Positions 9,414 to 19,329 of a DNA stretch of 64,000 nucleotides are shown here, piece by piece. The notes beneath the pieces are model-generated. The model did no database searches, was not told where the DNA came from, and saw only the letters and a list, made by a program, of their open reading frames with translations. Location: positions 1,991 through 65,990 of the IMG/VR virus record IMGVR_UViG_3300031974_004051. The stretch is one strand, 5' to 3'. The position numbers and the translations under genes were made by a program. The DNA comes from a virus. Taxonomy: Duplodnaviria > Caudoviricetes. The first letter of the stretch is position 1; the number at the start of each line of letters is the position of its first letter.

Positions 9414-11308
9414 TGAGTAAGGTAAAAAGACTTAGGAATGAGATAAAATCTAAAATCGAAGTAATCAAAAAGATCAATGACGATCCAAAATTGACTACGG
9501 ACAATTTGTATGATATCTATGCCGACGGTATTACCAAAACAGACAAATTACTTCAAACAAAAATAGATGGTTTAAAATCCAAATTAAAAAAAAAGAAAGA
9601 CAATAAAACCGATATTTTCGGTAGTCTTATAGACGTTGCATCTGGTTTCCTAAGTAATAAATCAAATACTATTGAAGTTAATGATAAATTAATTTCAGGT
9701 AACAAAGTAAAAAAATACGCACTTGACTCGGCAAAAATTACTGTAGAGGATTCCAAAAATATCGTAATGGATTCTGTGAAGAAAGTTTTATTTGTTGATG
9801 ATGAAACAAGTATATGTGGTGTTGATACAACAATGCCATCCGATACTATGACAATATCACCACCCGAGTTCGACTTTATGGAAGTTCTACAAAATGACCC
9901 ATCATCTAAATTGGGGTTAATAATGTACGAAGATCCTAACGCTAATACTGGTGATGTACAAATGAATAGAGAGTTTTATAGTGCATTCTCATCTAATTAT
10001 ACATTCAGTAGTAAATCAGGTACTAGTTTATTTACATTGAATTGGGACACTGCCAGTCAACACTATAATGTGACGGGACTCCAACAAAACGGACCAGTCC
10101 CAAAAGTAAATGATTTCATATCTGATTATTATGATTCTGTTGAAATACCAAACTTAGAGTATATCACAAAAACAGCGATGTTGATGACTTTACAGGGTGA
10201 TAGTGATAACCCATTAGTCTTTGATAAAGCAATGAATGAGTTAAATAAATTATGTCAAAAACTATTCAAAATATGTGGATCACCTTTAGAGGAAAGTGGT
10301 CTTATACAAACGACCAGTCAACAATTTAATGAAAATGATCAGGATATTGAGTCGTATTTTGATTTTAATGATGTGGAGGGTATAGACTTAGATGATGAAG
10401 ATGCTAGATTTAGAAAAGTTTTAAAATTTGTAGATTGTGGTAACTTCGAAGTACCTTCTGATGAATCCAATTTCGAAGATTTTGTGTACTTAAGTGGTGA
10501 TCAAGATCTAAATAGTCTTATTAATTCTACTCTCGAAAAAACAGCGAGAAATGCGGCAATAAAAAGTGATAATTTCGCACCAATCGACAACATACAACTT
10601 GAATTAATTAATCTTTTCATTCTAAACGTACCTAAAGCTTTAATTTCCTCAATAGTTTCACCAAAGTTTATTTTCCCAATTGTGGTGGCATGGAAACAAA
10701 TTAAAGGTTTTATTGGTGACGTGAAAGAACTAATGAAAAAATTGTACAAGTTATTCTATACAATTATTAAAGAGATTTTTTGGAAGTTTATAACCGAGTT
10801 TTGGCAATTTATCAAAAGAGATTTACTTAATTTCTTAAAGGACTTGGCAGCAAAAATCATCGCAAAAAAATTCAAGAGATATAGAAATATAATATTAGCA
10901 ATTATAAATCTTATACGTAAAATATTATCATACGGTATTGATAGTTGTTTTGCTTTATTCCAAGCAATTATACAATCGATAAATGGTGCCCTAAATGCTG
11001 GTGGACCAGTAATAAACATACCGGGAGCCATTCTAAGTTTTGCGAACCTATTACCTGGTTATAGTACTGACAGGGCATTTATGAATGCTAGTGAAAGAAT
11101 GGCCGCGTTAGGTATGAATACAGGACCAATTTATGGTGAAGTAAACGAATTAATGACTTTTGGTAAAAGTATAATCGAGGGTATGTCAGAAGAAGAAGAT
11201 AATAATTCATTTATTGATGTTGTTCTTAAGCCAGGGGTATTACCTGGTCCAACAGGTGGGGCGGTTATACCACCATTTTTGTTAAGGGCAGTAGGAAAAA
11301 AGAGATAA
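9413..11308 (+). CDS. large hypothetical protein, probably virion/baseplate associated
   Basis: 631-aa ORF upstream of the gp5-like gene; hydrophobic helices in the C-terminal third. Confidence 0.65.
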   Translation: MSKVKRLRNEIKSKIEVIKKINDDPKLTTDNLYDIYADGITKTDKLLQTKIDGLKSKLKKKKDNKTDIFGSLIDVASGFLSNKSNTIEVNDKLISGNKVKKYALDSAKITVEDSKNIVMDSVKKVLFVDDETSICGVDTTMPSDTMTISPPEFDFMEVLQNDPSSKLGLIMYEDPNANTGDVQMNREFYSAFSSNYTFSSKSGTSLFTLNWDTASQHYNVTGLQQNGPVPKVNDFISDYYDSVEIPNLEYITKTAMLMTLQGDSDNPLVFDKAMNELNKLCQKLFKICGSPLEESGLIQTTSQQFNENDQDIESYFDFNDVEGIDLDDEDARFRKVLKFVDCGNFEVPSDESNFEDFVYLSGDQDLNSLINSTLEKTARNAAIKSDNFAPIDNIQLELINLFILNVPKALISSIVSPKFIFPIVVAWKQIKGFIGDVKELMKKLYKLFYTIIKEIFWKFITEFWQFIKRDLLNFLKDLAAKIIAKKFKRYRNIILAIINLIRKILSYGIDSCFALFQAIIQSINGALNAGGPVINIPGAILSFANLLPGYSTDRAFMNASERMAALGMNTGPIYGEVNELMTFGKSIIEGMSEEEDNNSFIDVVLKPGVLPGPTGGAVIPPFLLRAVGKKR

Positions 11309-11310
11309 AG

Positions 11311-11511
11311 ATGGAAAACAATAAAATATTAGAAATACTTAAAGACCCTTCTGTTAAATCAAATAAAGATTTAAACGAATGTTTAGAATTTTTAAATAAC
11401 GAATTTGAAAAAACTAAGGATACTATAGTTAAACTGACTCGTTATTTGGATGGTGTAGAGACCTCATATAATAAAGTCAATGAAGAAATTGGTAAGAGAG
11501 TTATAAAGTAA
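11311..11511 (+). CDS. small coiled-coil protein
   Basis: 66-aa ORF translationally coupled to the next gene. Confidence 0.6.
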   Translation: MENNKILEILKDPSVKSNKDLNECLEFLNNEFEKTKDTIVKLTRYLDGVETSYNKVNEEIGKRVIK

Positions 11512-13010
11512 TGAGTAGTATTATAGAATTAGCGATAGTAGATGATAATATTGATCCTAAAGGTATTGGTAGGATTAGGGTTAAACTAACAGGTGACCCT
11601 ACAGGTCCTATTGAAAAATCAACAGATTATGAACCTTGGAGTCAGAATGATCCTTTTATCGCACTACCATTCTTACCAACCAATCTAAATTTTATACCTC
11701 AAAAAGGTCAAACTGTTAAAATCATTAATTATGATCCCGAAAATAAATTAATTAATCGGGAATATATCGCAGGACCATTTACAACTGTTCATGATTTTCA
11801 GAGTCAGATTAACGCAAGGCAAGTAGAAGACACCACTTATGGTGCGAACGTTAAAAAAATGAATGATGTCTTTGGGTCTAACGGTGAATACATCGAAAAA
11901 AAATCTGAAGGTTCATTATCAAAAATATCAGATTATGCAATTTATGGCCCCTACGGTTCTGACATCTTATTAACTGAAAATGGGGTAACTCTAAGAGGGG
12001 GTAAACTATTATCTAAACAAGGTGCGTCCGATAACGAAAGGACTAAAATCATTAATTACCCAATACTTTCAGAAAAAAAATCCATTTTAACTCTTAAAAA
12101 GTTTGGGACAAAACAAGAAGTAGTTGAGGAAGAGTCCAAAACAGAGACAATACCAAACAAAAAATTAGAACATGTAATTGAATATAACATCAGTTCAACT
12201 AACACTAATGAAAGTAGTTACACCATTGATTGGTATATCTATAAGGTGAAAAAGAATTATGGTGATACGTTTGACACCTCCGTCTTTAGTTCAAAATCAG
12301 TACAAAATATACAATCATATTCAAGTAATGTCACATTAATAAATGAGGATGGTACCACAATAACACCAACATTTAGTCAAACTGTTAACTCATACGAATT
12401 AGCATATGTAACTATAAGAAATACCTTGTGTGAACTACATTCAAACGGTGTAAAGAAATTCGCACCAAAGGTTGGTAAAATAAATTTACACCCCTTCTTT
12501 TATAGATCAGTATATACGTTGACTGACAGAACGTTCTTAGATAAAATCAGACCTGGTTGTTTTAATTCACCTGTAAATGGTTCAGGTTTAGTTTTTAGTT
12601 TATCTTCTCCAATACCCAAACCTAAAACTGAAACTAAAAAAAAGAAAGTAGTTAAAGTGGTATCGTCTACTTTGGAACAATCTTTTGCCGGTTTATCATC
12701 AGATAAAATTTATCTATTTTCAAGTGATACTAATTCAGTAGGAAGTAAAAAAATTCCTTTTGATAAATTAAACAAATACGAATATAATCAAGAAGATTTT
12801 TTAACAAGAATAGAACCTAATACTTATGCGACTGTAAGAGGTGAAACACTTATAGAATATCTTGATATTTTAACACGAGTAATCGCGGGTCACGCCCATA
12901 ATCCAACAAAACCAATGGTGAAAGTTGGTTATCCTGATTGGGATAGATTAATCGAACTTAGGAAAACACTTGAAAATGATATCTTAAATAAATCGATTAG
13001 AATAAACTAA
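11511..13010 (+). CDS. baseplate hub/spike (gp5/Vgr OB-fold)-like protein
   Basis: N-terminal VDDNIDPKGIGRIRV...PFLP...P.KGQ.V and C-terminal VRGETL...HAH spike-like motif. Confidence 0.65.
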   Translation: MSSIIELAIVDDNIDPKGIGRIRVKLTGDPTGPIEKSTDYEPWSQNDPFIALPFLPTNLNFIPQKGQTVKIINYDPENKLINREYIAGPFTTVHDFQSQINARQVEDTTYGANVKKMNDVFGSNGEYIEKKSEGSLSKISDYAIYGPYGSDILLTENGVTLRGGKLLSKQGASDNERTKIINYPILSEKKSILTLKKFGTKQEVVEEESKTETIPNKKLEHVIEYNISSTNTNESSYTIDWYIYKVKKNYGDTFDTSVFSSKSVQNIQSYSSNVTLINEDGTTITPTFSQTVNSYELAYVTIRNTLCELHSNGVKKFAPKVGKINLHPFFYRSVYTLTDRTFLDKIRPGCFNSPVNGSGLVFSLSSPIPKPKTETKKKKVVKVVSSTLEQSFAGLSSDKIYLFSSDTNSVGSKKIPFDKLNKYEYNQEDFLTRIEPNTYATVRGETLIEYLDILTRVIAGHAHNPTKPMVKVGYPDWDRLIELRKTLENDILNKSIRIN

Positions 13011-13041
13011 GCGATATTTATATAAGAAAGCTTTAATTAAG

Positions 13042-14415
13042 ATGTCATACTATCGTTCATATTTCGAAAAAAATAATACAATAATCAAGGGTATGAAGGT
13101 TAATACCGCCAAAAATCCTTCATGCGAAATCTTTTACGGTTCAGGTTTTTCTAAATTCTTATTCAAATTAGATTTAGATGGTTTGAAATCAAAGATTGAT
13201 GGTGGAGATTATGTATTAGACAACAACACTAAACATACTCTACACATGACCAATACTATTTTTGGTGATGAAACTTTTTTAGGTGCTAAAAGAGGGTCAG
13301 GTAGGGAAAGAACCACATCATTTAAATTGGTTGTTTTTAAGATTCCTGAATTTTGGGATGAAGGTGTTGGTTTCGATTATGAAGATTCGGGTTACGATTA
13401 TACAACAGGTAACAATACTTTTGATATAAGACCATCAAACTGGTTTATGAGAACGACTCTAAACCCATGGTCTGCTGAAGGTGTCTATTCGGATAACCCA
13501 TACATAGTATCAACTCAAGAATTTGATAACGGCGATGAAGATTTGAATGTAGACATCACTGATTATATAAATGATATATTGACGGGGTCCACTATAGATC
13601 AAGGTTTAGGAGTTGCATTTGACCCGTTATATCAAGATTTGACATCGGAGGTTGATCAATCCGTGGCGTTTTTCACGAAATATACACAAACATTTTTTGA
13701 ACCGTATTTAGAAACAAATTTTTCGGATCGAATTGTGGATGATAGGGAAAACTTCATTGAGAAAACAGATCAAAATTTATTTCTATATGTAAATAAAGAA
13801 ACAAATTTCTTTGACCTTGATAACGTACCTACTGTTGATATTTTAGATTCTACTAAAACACCGATTACAGGACTAACTAATTTAGTTGTTGAAAAAGTAA
13901 GAAAGGGTGTTTATAGGGTCACTTTTGGTATTGATGGATTGGTGTGTGATGGTAAAAAATTCTTTTATGATGTTTGGAAAGGAATTTCTGTTGAAAACAA
14001 CTCTTTCCCCGACATTACTCAAAAATTTGTACCTAAACCGTACTCATCTAAGTTCTCATTAGGTGAAAACCAAAAAGAAGTTAATAAGTATGTTGTACAA
14101 TACTCAGGAATTAAACAAAATGAAAAAATTAAGTCAGGTGAGACAAGAAAGGTTTCGGTGATGTTTAGAACTATATCAAAATCAACTAATGAATTATTCG
14201 ATGAAGTCTACTATAGAATTTATATAAAGGAAGGACACACAAATGTTAATGTTTTTGATTGGACTTATTTAGATGTAACAAATGAGAATAGTTTTATGTT
14301 AGACACCTCAATATTAATTCCAAGAGAATATTATGTTGAGATAAAGGGTATAAAACATAATGAAGAGATATCATACCCAAATGTAATTAAATTTGAGATA
14401 GTATCTGAAAAATAA
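13042..14415 (+). CDS. putative virion structural protein
   Basis: 457-aa beta-rich ORF (WDEGVG, FDNGDEDLNVDITD) with a TATTTATA box at 13015. Confidence 0.6.
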   Translation: MSYYRSYFEKNNTIIKGMKVNTAKNPSCEIFYGSGFSKFLFKLDLDGLKSKIDGGDYVLDNNTKHTLHMTNTIFGDETFLGAKRGSGRERTTSFKLVVFKIPEFWDEGVGFDYEDSGYDYTTGNNTFDIRPSNWFMRTTLNPWSAEGVYSDNPYIVSTQEFDNGDEDLNVDITDYINDILTGSTIDQGLGVAFDPLYQDLTSEVDQSVAFFTKYTQTFFEPYLETNFSDRIVDDRENFIEKTDQNLFLYVNKETNFFDLDNVPTVDILDSTKTPITGLTNLVVEKVRKGVYRVTFGIDGLVCDGKKFFYDVWKGISVENNSFPDITQKFVPKPYSSKFSLGENQKEVNKYVVQYSGIKQNEKIKSGETRKVSVMFRTISKSTNELFDEVYYRIYIKEGHTNVNVFDWTYLDVTNENSFMLDTSILIPREYYVEIKGIKHNEEISYPNVIKFEIVSEK

Positions 14416-14429
14416 ACATATTTATAGAT

Positions 14430-14864
14430 ATGGAATTGAAAGACGTAATTAGAAAACATTTAAGGGATTTACAAGAAGAAAGAACTGAAAACTATATGTT
14501 CTTCAGTAACTTAAAACAAATCCAACGACAGTGTCAAATACTTTTAGATTTAGACCCTATGGTTATAGAGGATATCTTACAAAACGGTCACGATTGGGCG
14601 GACGATCACATTGCAGTGGCGAAAGAGAATGTTGATCAGGTAATGGATTTCCTAATGAATCAAACTAAAGATGAATTACATGAGGGTAAGAAGAAAAAAT
14701 CAAATAAACTTTGTTCAAGGGGAATTTCAGCCGCCAAATCTAAATTCGACGTTTACCCAAGTGCATACGCTAATGGTTATGCGGTACAAGTATGTAAAGG
14801 AAAGATTAAAGGTCTTGACGGTAAGAAAAGGTGTTCAGGTTCATACTGTAAAAAGAAAAAGTAA
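14430..14864 (+). CDS. hypothetical protein with basic Cys-containing C-terminus (FDVYPSAYANGYA)
   Basis: 144-aa ORF; TATTTATA box 3 nt upstream. Confidence 0.7.
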   Translation: MELKDVIRKHLRDLQEERTENYMFFSNLKQIQRQCQILLDLDPMVIEDILQNGHDWADDHIAVAKENVDQVMDFLMNQTKDELHEGKKKKSNKLCSRGISAAKSKFDVYPSAYANGYAVQVCKGKIKGLDGKKRCSGSYCKKKK

Positions 14865-15961
14865 TGAAAGTACAATGTAGGGGTTGTAATTGGAATTGGG
14901 ATTTATCTAAAGGGGGTAATGATCCTTACGTATGCCATAAATGCGGTAAGAATAATACGGACCACTACATCCAAAAAATACGGGTAAGTAAAGAAGATCA
15001 AGAATACATCAATGAGTGTCTCGAATCGGGAGAAGTACTTCAGGAAGATCTTGGTCGTTGGTTTAAAGAAAAGTGGGTTGACGTTTCTCGTAAAATAGAT
15101 GGTAAACACCCACCATGTGGACGTAAAGACGCTGATGGTGACAGTAGTAGGAAAGGATACCCAAAGTGCAGACCATCAAAAAAGGTCTCTAAAAAAACAC
15201 CTAAAACAAGTTCTTCATATTCTAAGAAGGAAAAGAAAAAAATGACTCGTCAGAAAAGACGTGCGGAAAGAAAAAGTAATAAAAGAGGAAAGGGGAACAC
15301 ACCAACATACACGAGTATAGATGAAAACAGAATCATTTCTTTAGTACAAAATAATTTAGGTGTTAAATCCCTTAACATCACGCACCCAACACTTAAAGTT
15401 ATAAATGAAAATAAGATAAATCTTAGTGAAGGTTTATCATATCATATTGATAATAAACTACCAATTGTAGAAAACGTCTATAGAATCTATTCTAAAGAGT
15501 TTTTCAACCTTTATGAAGAAGTACGTAGTCTTTATGAAGAAAACCTCTTAGAACTCACCGGAGTTGATTTAGAATTAATAAAAACAGATCTTGGTAAAAC
15601 AGGTGTGTTTGAGGGTGAGGAAGTGTACTTAGATATTCCCTTTATTGAGAATGAAGAAGAATATCTTGTTGAAGCTAAGTATAGGGGTAGGAATGTGAAA
15701 TTAAATAAACCTTTTAGAACACCTGGTGGACCTAAGAAATTTGCGGTCTATGTAAAAAATCCAAAATCAGGAAACATTAAAAAGGTAACTTTTGGAGACC
15801 CTAATCTAAGAGTTAGAAATAATAATAAATCGGCAGCAAAATCCTTTAGGGCGAGACATAACTGTAAAGACAAGAAAGACCGTACCAAGGCGGGTTATTG
15901 GAGTTGTAACATATCAAGATACCGAAAAGCATTAGGTATCAAATCTTCTAATCCTTGGTAG
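14864..15961 (+). CDS. modular basic phage protein (Zn ribbon, WFKEKWVD and AKYRG...FRARHNC modules)
   Basis: CxxC...CxxC N-terminus; modules separated by LxE motifs. Confidence 0.7.
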   Translation: MKVQCRGCNWNWDLSKGGNDPYVCHKCGKNNTDHYIQKIRVSKEDQEYINECLESGEVLQEDLGRWFKEKWVDVSRKIDGKHPPCGRKDADGDSSRKGYPKCRPSKKVSKKTPKTSSSYSKKEKKKMTRQKRRAERKSNKRGKGNTPTYTSIDENRIISLVQNNLGVKSLNITHPTLKVINENKINLSEGLSYHIDNKLPIVENVYRIYSKEFFNLYEEVRSLYEENLLELTGVDLELIKTDLGKTGVFEGEEVYLDIPFIENEEEYLVEAKYRGRNVKLNKPFRTPGGPKKFAVYVKNPKSGNIKKVTFGDPNLRVRNNNKSAAKSFRARHNCKDKKDRTKAGYWSCNISRYRKALGIKSSNPW

Positions 15962-15962
15962 T

Positions 15963-16460
15963 ATGAAATTACTTGATTTAGTATTGGAGTACTATGATAG
16001 TCCTCCTGATTATCCAGACCCTGATGGTTGGGGTTATTACAACGAAGAATACGATGACGTTGAAAATGAATTCAATTTAGTTTTTTTAGATTCACAGACA
16101 GGTATATTTGTTACTGAACATAAAACAACTAAGAAGAAATACCTTTCTCATACTGATGCAGTTGAAGACGAATTTTATACGTCAGACAAATATTTCGAAT
16201 CAGATTATGATGAAGATGGTCCTTACACTTATGAAAGGTTTGATAAGGACAATATGGTACTTAGTAATGAGAGTTTGACCATGTATGCAACAATTTCATA
16301 CATAAATGAGGATGTCGGAATAGACTTTGATCAGTGGGAGTCGGGTGTTGCACTTATAGAGTTAGGTAATATATTTTTAAGGGATGCGTTCCTACACGAT
16401 AAACATTTATTTAGGAATATATTAAATCAATTTAATAAGTTGAAAATGAAAAATGAATAG
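15963..16460 (+). CDS. acidic hypothetical protein
   Basis: 165-aa ORF. Confidence 0.6.
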   Translation: MKLLDLVLEYYDSPPDYPDPDGWGYYNEEYDDVENEFNLVFLDSQTGIFVTEHKTTKKKYLSHTDAVEDEFYTSDKYFESDYDEDGPYTYERFDKDNMVLSNESLTMYATISYINEDVGIDFDQWESGVALIELGNIFLRDAFLHDKHLFRNILNQFNKLKMKNE

Positions 16461-16462
16461 TT

Positions 16463-16780
16463 ATGGGTTTCAATAAAAAATTACCATTCAGAGAAATCTT
16501 ATCATCAACCTACAGTGTTAGAACTTTCCCCTCAACCACCAAAGAAGAAGACCTTAAATGGCATTTTGATAATGAAGATAGGGAAATAACCTTTCTTCAT
16601 AATACAGATTGGAAATTTCAAATGGACAATGAATTACCTATCGATATACATGAAGGTATGGTAGTTAATATTCCTGAAGGTGAGTATCATAGAATTATTA
16701 AAGGTACGGGTGATCTTAAAGTCAAAGTAAAGAAACTTAATAAAACTCGACTTCTACCCCACACTCAGAAAACAAAATAA
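16463..16780 (+). CDS. cupin-like protein
   Basis: WH.D.E...IPEGEYHRIIKG cupin motifs. Confidence 0.65.
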   Translation: MGFNKKLPFREILSSTYSVRTFPSTTKEEDLKWHFDNEDREITFLHNTDWKFQMDNELPIDIHEGMVVNIPEGEYHRIIKGTGDLKVKVKKLNKTRLLPHTQKTK

Positions 16781-17177
16781 GAGACCTTTCTTGTTGTTCT
16801 AACCACTTATCTTTATTCTTAGTGGTACAATTTTGTTTACATACTATTTTCTTAACCCCTGATTGTATTAATCCCCTCGCACAATCCATACAGGGTAATC
16901 CTGATGTGAGATATACTGTGGATTCTTTTAGTGAAACCCCTATCCTTGCGGCATTGTAGATTGCATTTCTTTCCGCGTGTTCAAACCAAAAATATTTCTC
17001 AGGCCTTTCCTGTCTTTCACTCAATTCGTCGTTTAAACCACGGGGAAATGAGTTATAACCCGTTGTTAATATCTCCTTGTCCTTTCCAACAATTACAGCA
17101 CCTATCTTCGTATTATTATCCTTAGATTTCTCTTTTACTTGTTCTGCAATCGTAATAAAATATTCGTTCCATTCCAT
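16737..17177 (-). CDS. dCMP deaminase
   Basis: SKD..TKIGAVIV, TGYN, HAERNAI, PCMDC motifs. Confidence 0.92.
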   Translation of the reverse strand: MEWNEYFITIAEQVKEKSKDNNTKIGAVIVGKDKEILTTGYNSFPRGLNDELSERQERPEKYFWFEHAERNAIYNAARIGVSLKESTVYLTSGLPCMDCARGLIQSGVKKIVCKQNCTTKNKDKWLEQQERSLILFSECGVEVEFY

Positions 17178-17180
17178 AAT

Positions 17181-17492
17181 TTAACATAATACACATTCTT
17201 CATCCGGCATGATCCAAAGTAGAAAAATCATAAAGAGTATTGCCAAAATAGTTACTAATACTCTAACTGGTCTTGATTGTTTTTCTTTCCAACCTCTAAG
17301 TTTCATTCCCCACTTATAGGAGAATTCACCAGCCCAATCAAACAATCTACCTACCAAATCAAATGGTGGTACTTTCATAATTGTTGCGAAAAATATAAGA
17401 AATCCTTCAAATCCATATCCTTCTTGGGACATCATCCAAATAGATAGTACTAAAAAGTACCAACCTATATATTTTTGTAAGTGTTGTTTCAT
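17181..17492 (-). CDS. small membrane protein
   Basis: 2-3 hydrophobic segments. Confidence 0.6.
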   Translation of the reverse strand: MKQHLQKYIGWYFLVLSIWMMSQEGYGFEGFLIFFATIMKVPPFDLVGRLFDWAGEFSYKWGMKLRGWKEKQSRPVRVLVTILAILFMIFLLWIMPDEECVLC

Positions 17493-17521
17493 AATATAAA
17501 ATATACGAAAAATATGGGTAT

Positions 17522-17551
17522 AAAAAAAGGGGATCGAATCGACCCCCTTTC
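17522..17551 (-). terminator. intrinsic terminator after the major capsid gene
   Basis: GC-rich hairpin followed by a T-run on the minus strand. Confidence 0.75.
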
Positions 17552-17583
17552 ATCTCTATAAATTAGATAACTTTTAGAATAAA

Positions 17584-19299
17584 TTATCTTAAAGTATCCA
17601 AGTTGAATGTTTGTAAACCTGCAACGTTGATTACACCAAAGTATCTGTTGTTGACCATTTTCTTAGCGTATCTGGTCATGATACCTTTGATTGGTGTAAA
17701 GTTGAATGGGTTGTACATTGTAGGTGTAAGTTGTAACGGTACGTATGGTGCGTAAATGTACCCTGCGTCCAATAACGACTTACCTTTGTGTCCTACTAAT
17801 ACTTTCCCTGCTGGGAAGTAAGGATCTCTATACACTTGATATCTACCTGCTAAAGTACCAACTTTCTCAATACCCATATTGTACTGATCTTGTTCTGCAC
17901 CTGCGTTAGATACGTGGAAGTACTCTAAGTCATCGAATACTGCAGAAACTTCTGAAGAAACAACGATCCAGTTAGCACCACCTCTAAGTGTAGTTTTATG
18001 GATTTGAGCCGATAATTGGTTAATCTTAGTGATTAACGTTTGGTTCCAATCCTTTTGAGTGTAACCTTGTAAAGTAGCACCTGAAGTTCCACCATACTTC
18101 CACTCATTGTAGTCCCACTTCAAGTTCCAAGCTGCACCTTTTCTTAAGTCTCTTAAGATCTCTCTATCAACCTCAGCCGCGATTTGCTCAGATAACAATG
18201 CTGTTAACTCAGCTTCTGCGTCGATGTTGTGGAAAGCAGATACGTCTTGTGCCAATTCAGGAGACCAGCTAGCTCTTAATTTTCTTTCAGTTACAGAAAC
18301 AGTTACTGACTCTAAGTCGAAAGAAACCTCACCGATCTCATCTTCGAATTCAAGTGAACTATATTGTCTGTATTTAAGAGCGAAGTCACTTGCAGGAATG
18401 TCAGCAGCTGCTGTTAAACCTGAGTAACCTGCTGATGCAGAATAAGACTCTAAGTCTACGTTTAAGAAGATAGTACCTTCTTCGTCACAGATGTCAGGGA
18501 ATTTACCTGTAACACCTGTTCCTTTACCGCCGTACTCAACGATACCTTTTCCGTATTTCTGAGTTACTACGTTGAATGGTTTAGAAGAACCACCATAAAT
18601 TACTTCTAATGAAGCTAAGAATTCTTCAGTATCCATTTCGTTACCGTTAGGTCCCGCAATTTTACCTTGTCCAGCTTTTGTGAAACCAGAGAATGCAAGA
18701 ATTACACTTGATGCAGTAGCACCTGATGCAACAGCTGTAGCAACACCTGTAGCAACACCGTCAGCGAAAGTAACAGCTTCATGTGAAGTGATACCTGTGA
18801 TTTCAGTAAAGTTCCCTTTTGAATAGTCGAAAAGACCTTCAGAAGCGTCATCACCTTCTTCATAGAATCTATCATATAAGTTTCTACCTCCGTAACCTTT
18901 GTCAGATGCGTCAGCGTTACCTGGCATTCCAAATGGTTCGTTATGACTGTTGTTTGCGTTTCTATCTTGGATGTTTGGTACAAAATAGAATAATTTACCG
19001 ATTGGTAAGTTCATTGCTTGTACAGACACAATGTCGTTCGCTAACAATTTAGAGAATACTCTTCTAATGATTGGGAATACTACAGTCTCGAAAGATCCAG
19101 ATGCATCTGAAACTGCAGCTTCGTTAATCAAATATGAAGCTTGGTTCTCATATAATTGGGCGATATTGTCTTTTTGGTGACCATCAAGTCCATCTAAGAA
19201 CCCTAAGTCATCCCACTTTTTGATGGTATCTTCTTTGATAACTCTTAGGTGTTTTAACCCGATGTTACCAACCATACCACTTTCTAATAATGCTCCCAT
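17584..19299 (-). CDS. major capsid protein (T4 gp23-like)
   Basis: LYENQ, PIIRRVF, VSVQAM..P.G, RKLRASWS.ELAQD, EAEL...L, YAPYVPL, MTRYA motifs. Confidence 0.96.
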   Translation of the reverse strand: MGALLESGMVGNIGLKHLRVIKEDTIKKWDDLGFLDGLDGHQKDNIAQLYENQASYLINEAAVSDASGSFETVVFPIIRRVFSKLLANDIVSVQAMNLPIGKLFYFVPNIQDRNANNSHNEPFGMPGNADASDKGYGGRNLYDRFYEEGDDASEGLFDYSKGNFTEITGITSHEAVTFADGVATGVATAVASGATASSVILAFSGFTKAGQGKIAGPNGNEMDTEEFLASLEVIYGGSSKPFNVVTQKYGKGIVEYGGKGTGVTGKFPDICDEEGTIFLNVDLESYSASAGYSGLTAAADIPASDFALKYRQYSSLEFEDEIGEVSFDLESVTVSVTERKLRASWSPELAQDVSAFHNIDAEAELTALLSEQIAAEVDREILRDLRKGAAWNLKWDYNEWKYGGTSGATLQGYTQKDWNQTLITKINQLSAQIHKTTLRGGANWIVVSSEVSAVFDDLEYFHVSNAGAEQDQYNMGIEKVGTLAGRYQVYRDPYFPAGKVLVGHKGKSLLDAGYIYAPYVPLQLTPTMYNPFNFTPIKGIMTRYAKKMVNNRYFGVINVAGLQTFNLDTLR

Positions 19300-19329
19300 T
19301 TTAATTTGAGTTTTTTTGTGTTTATTTTA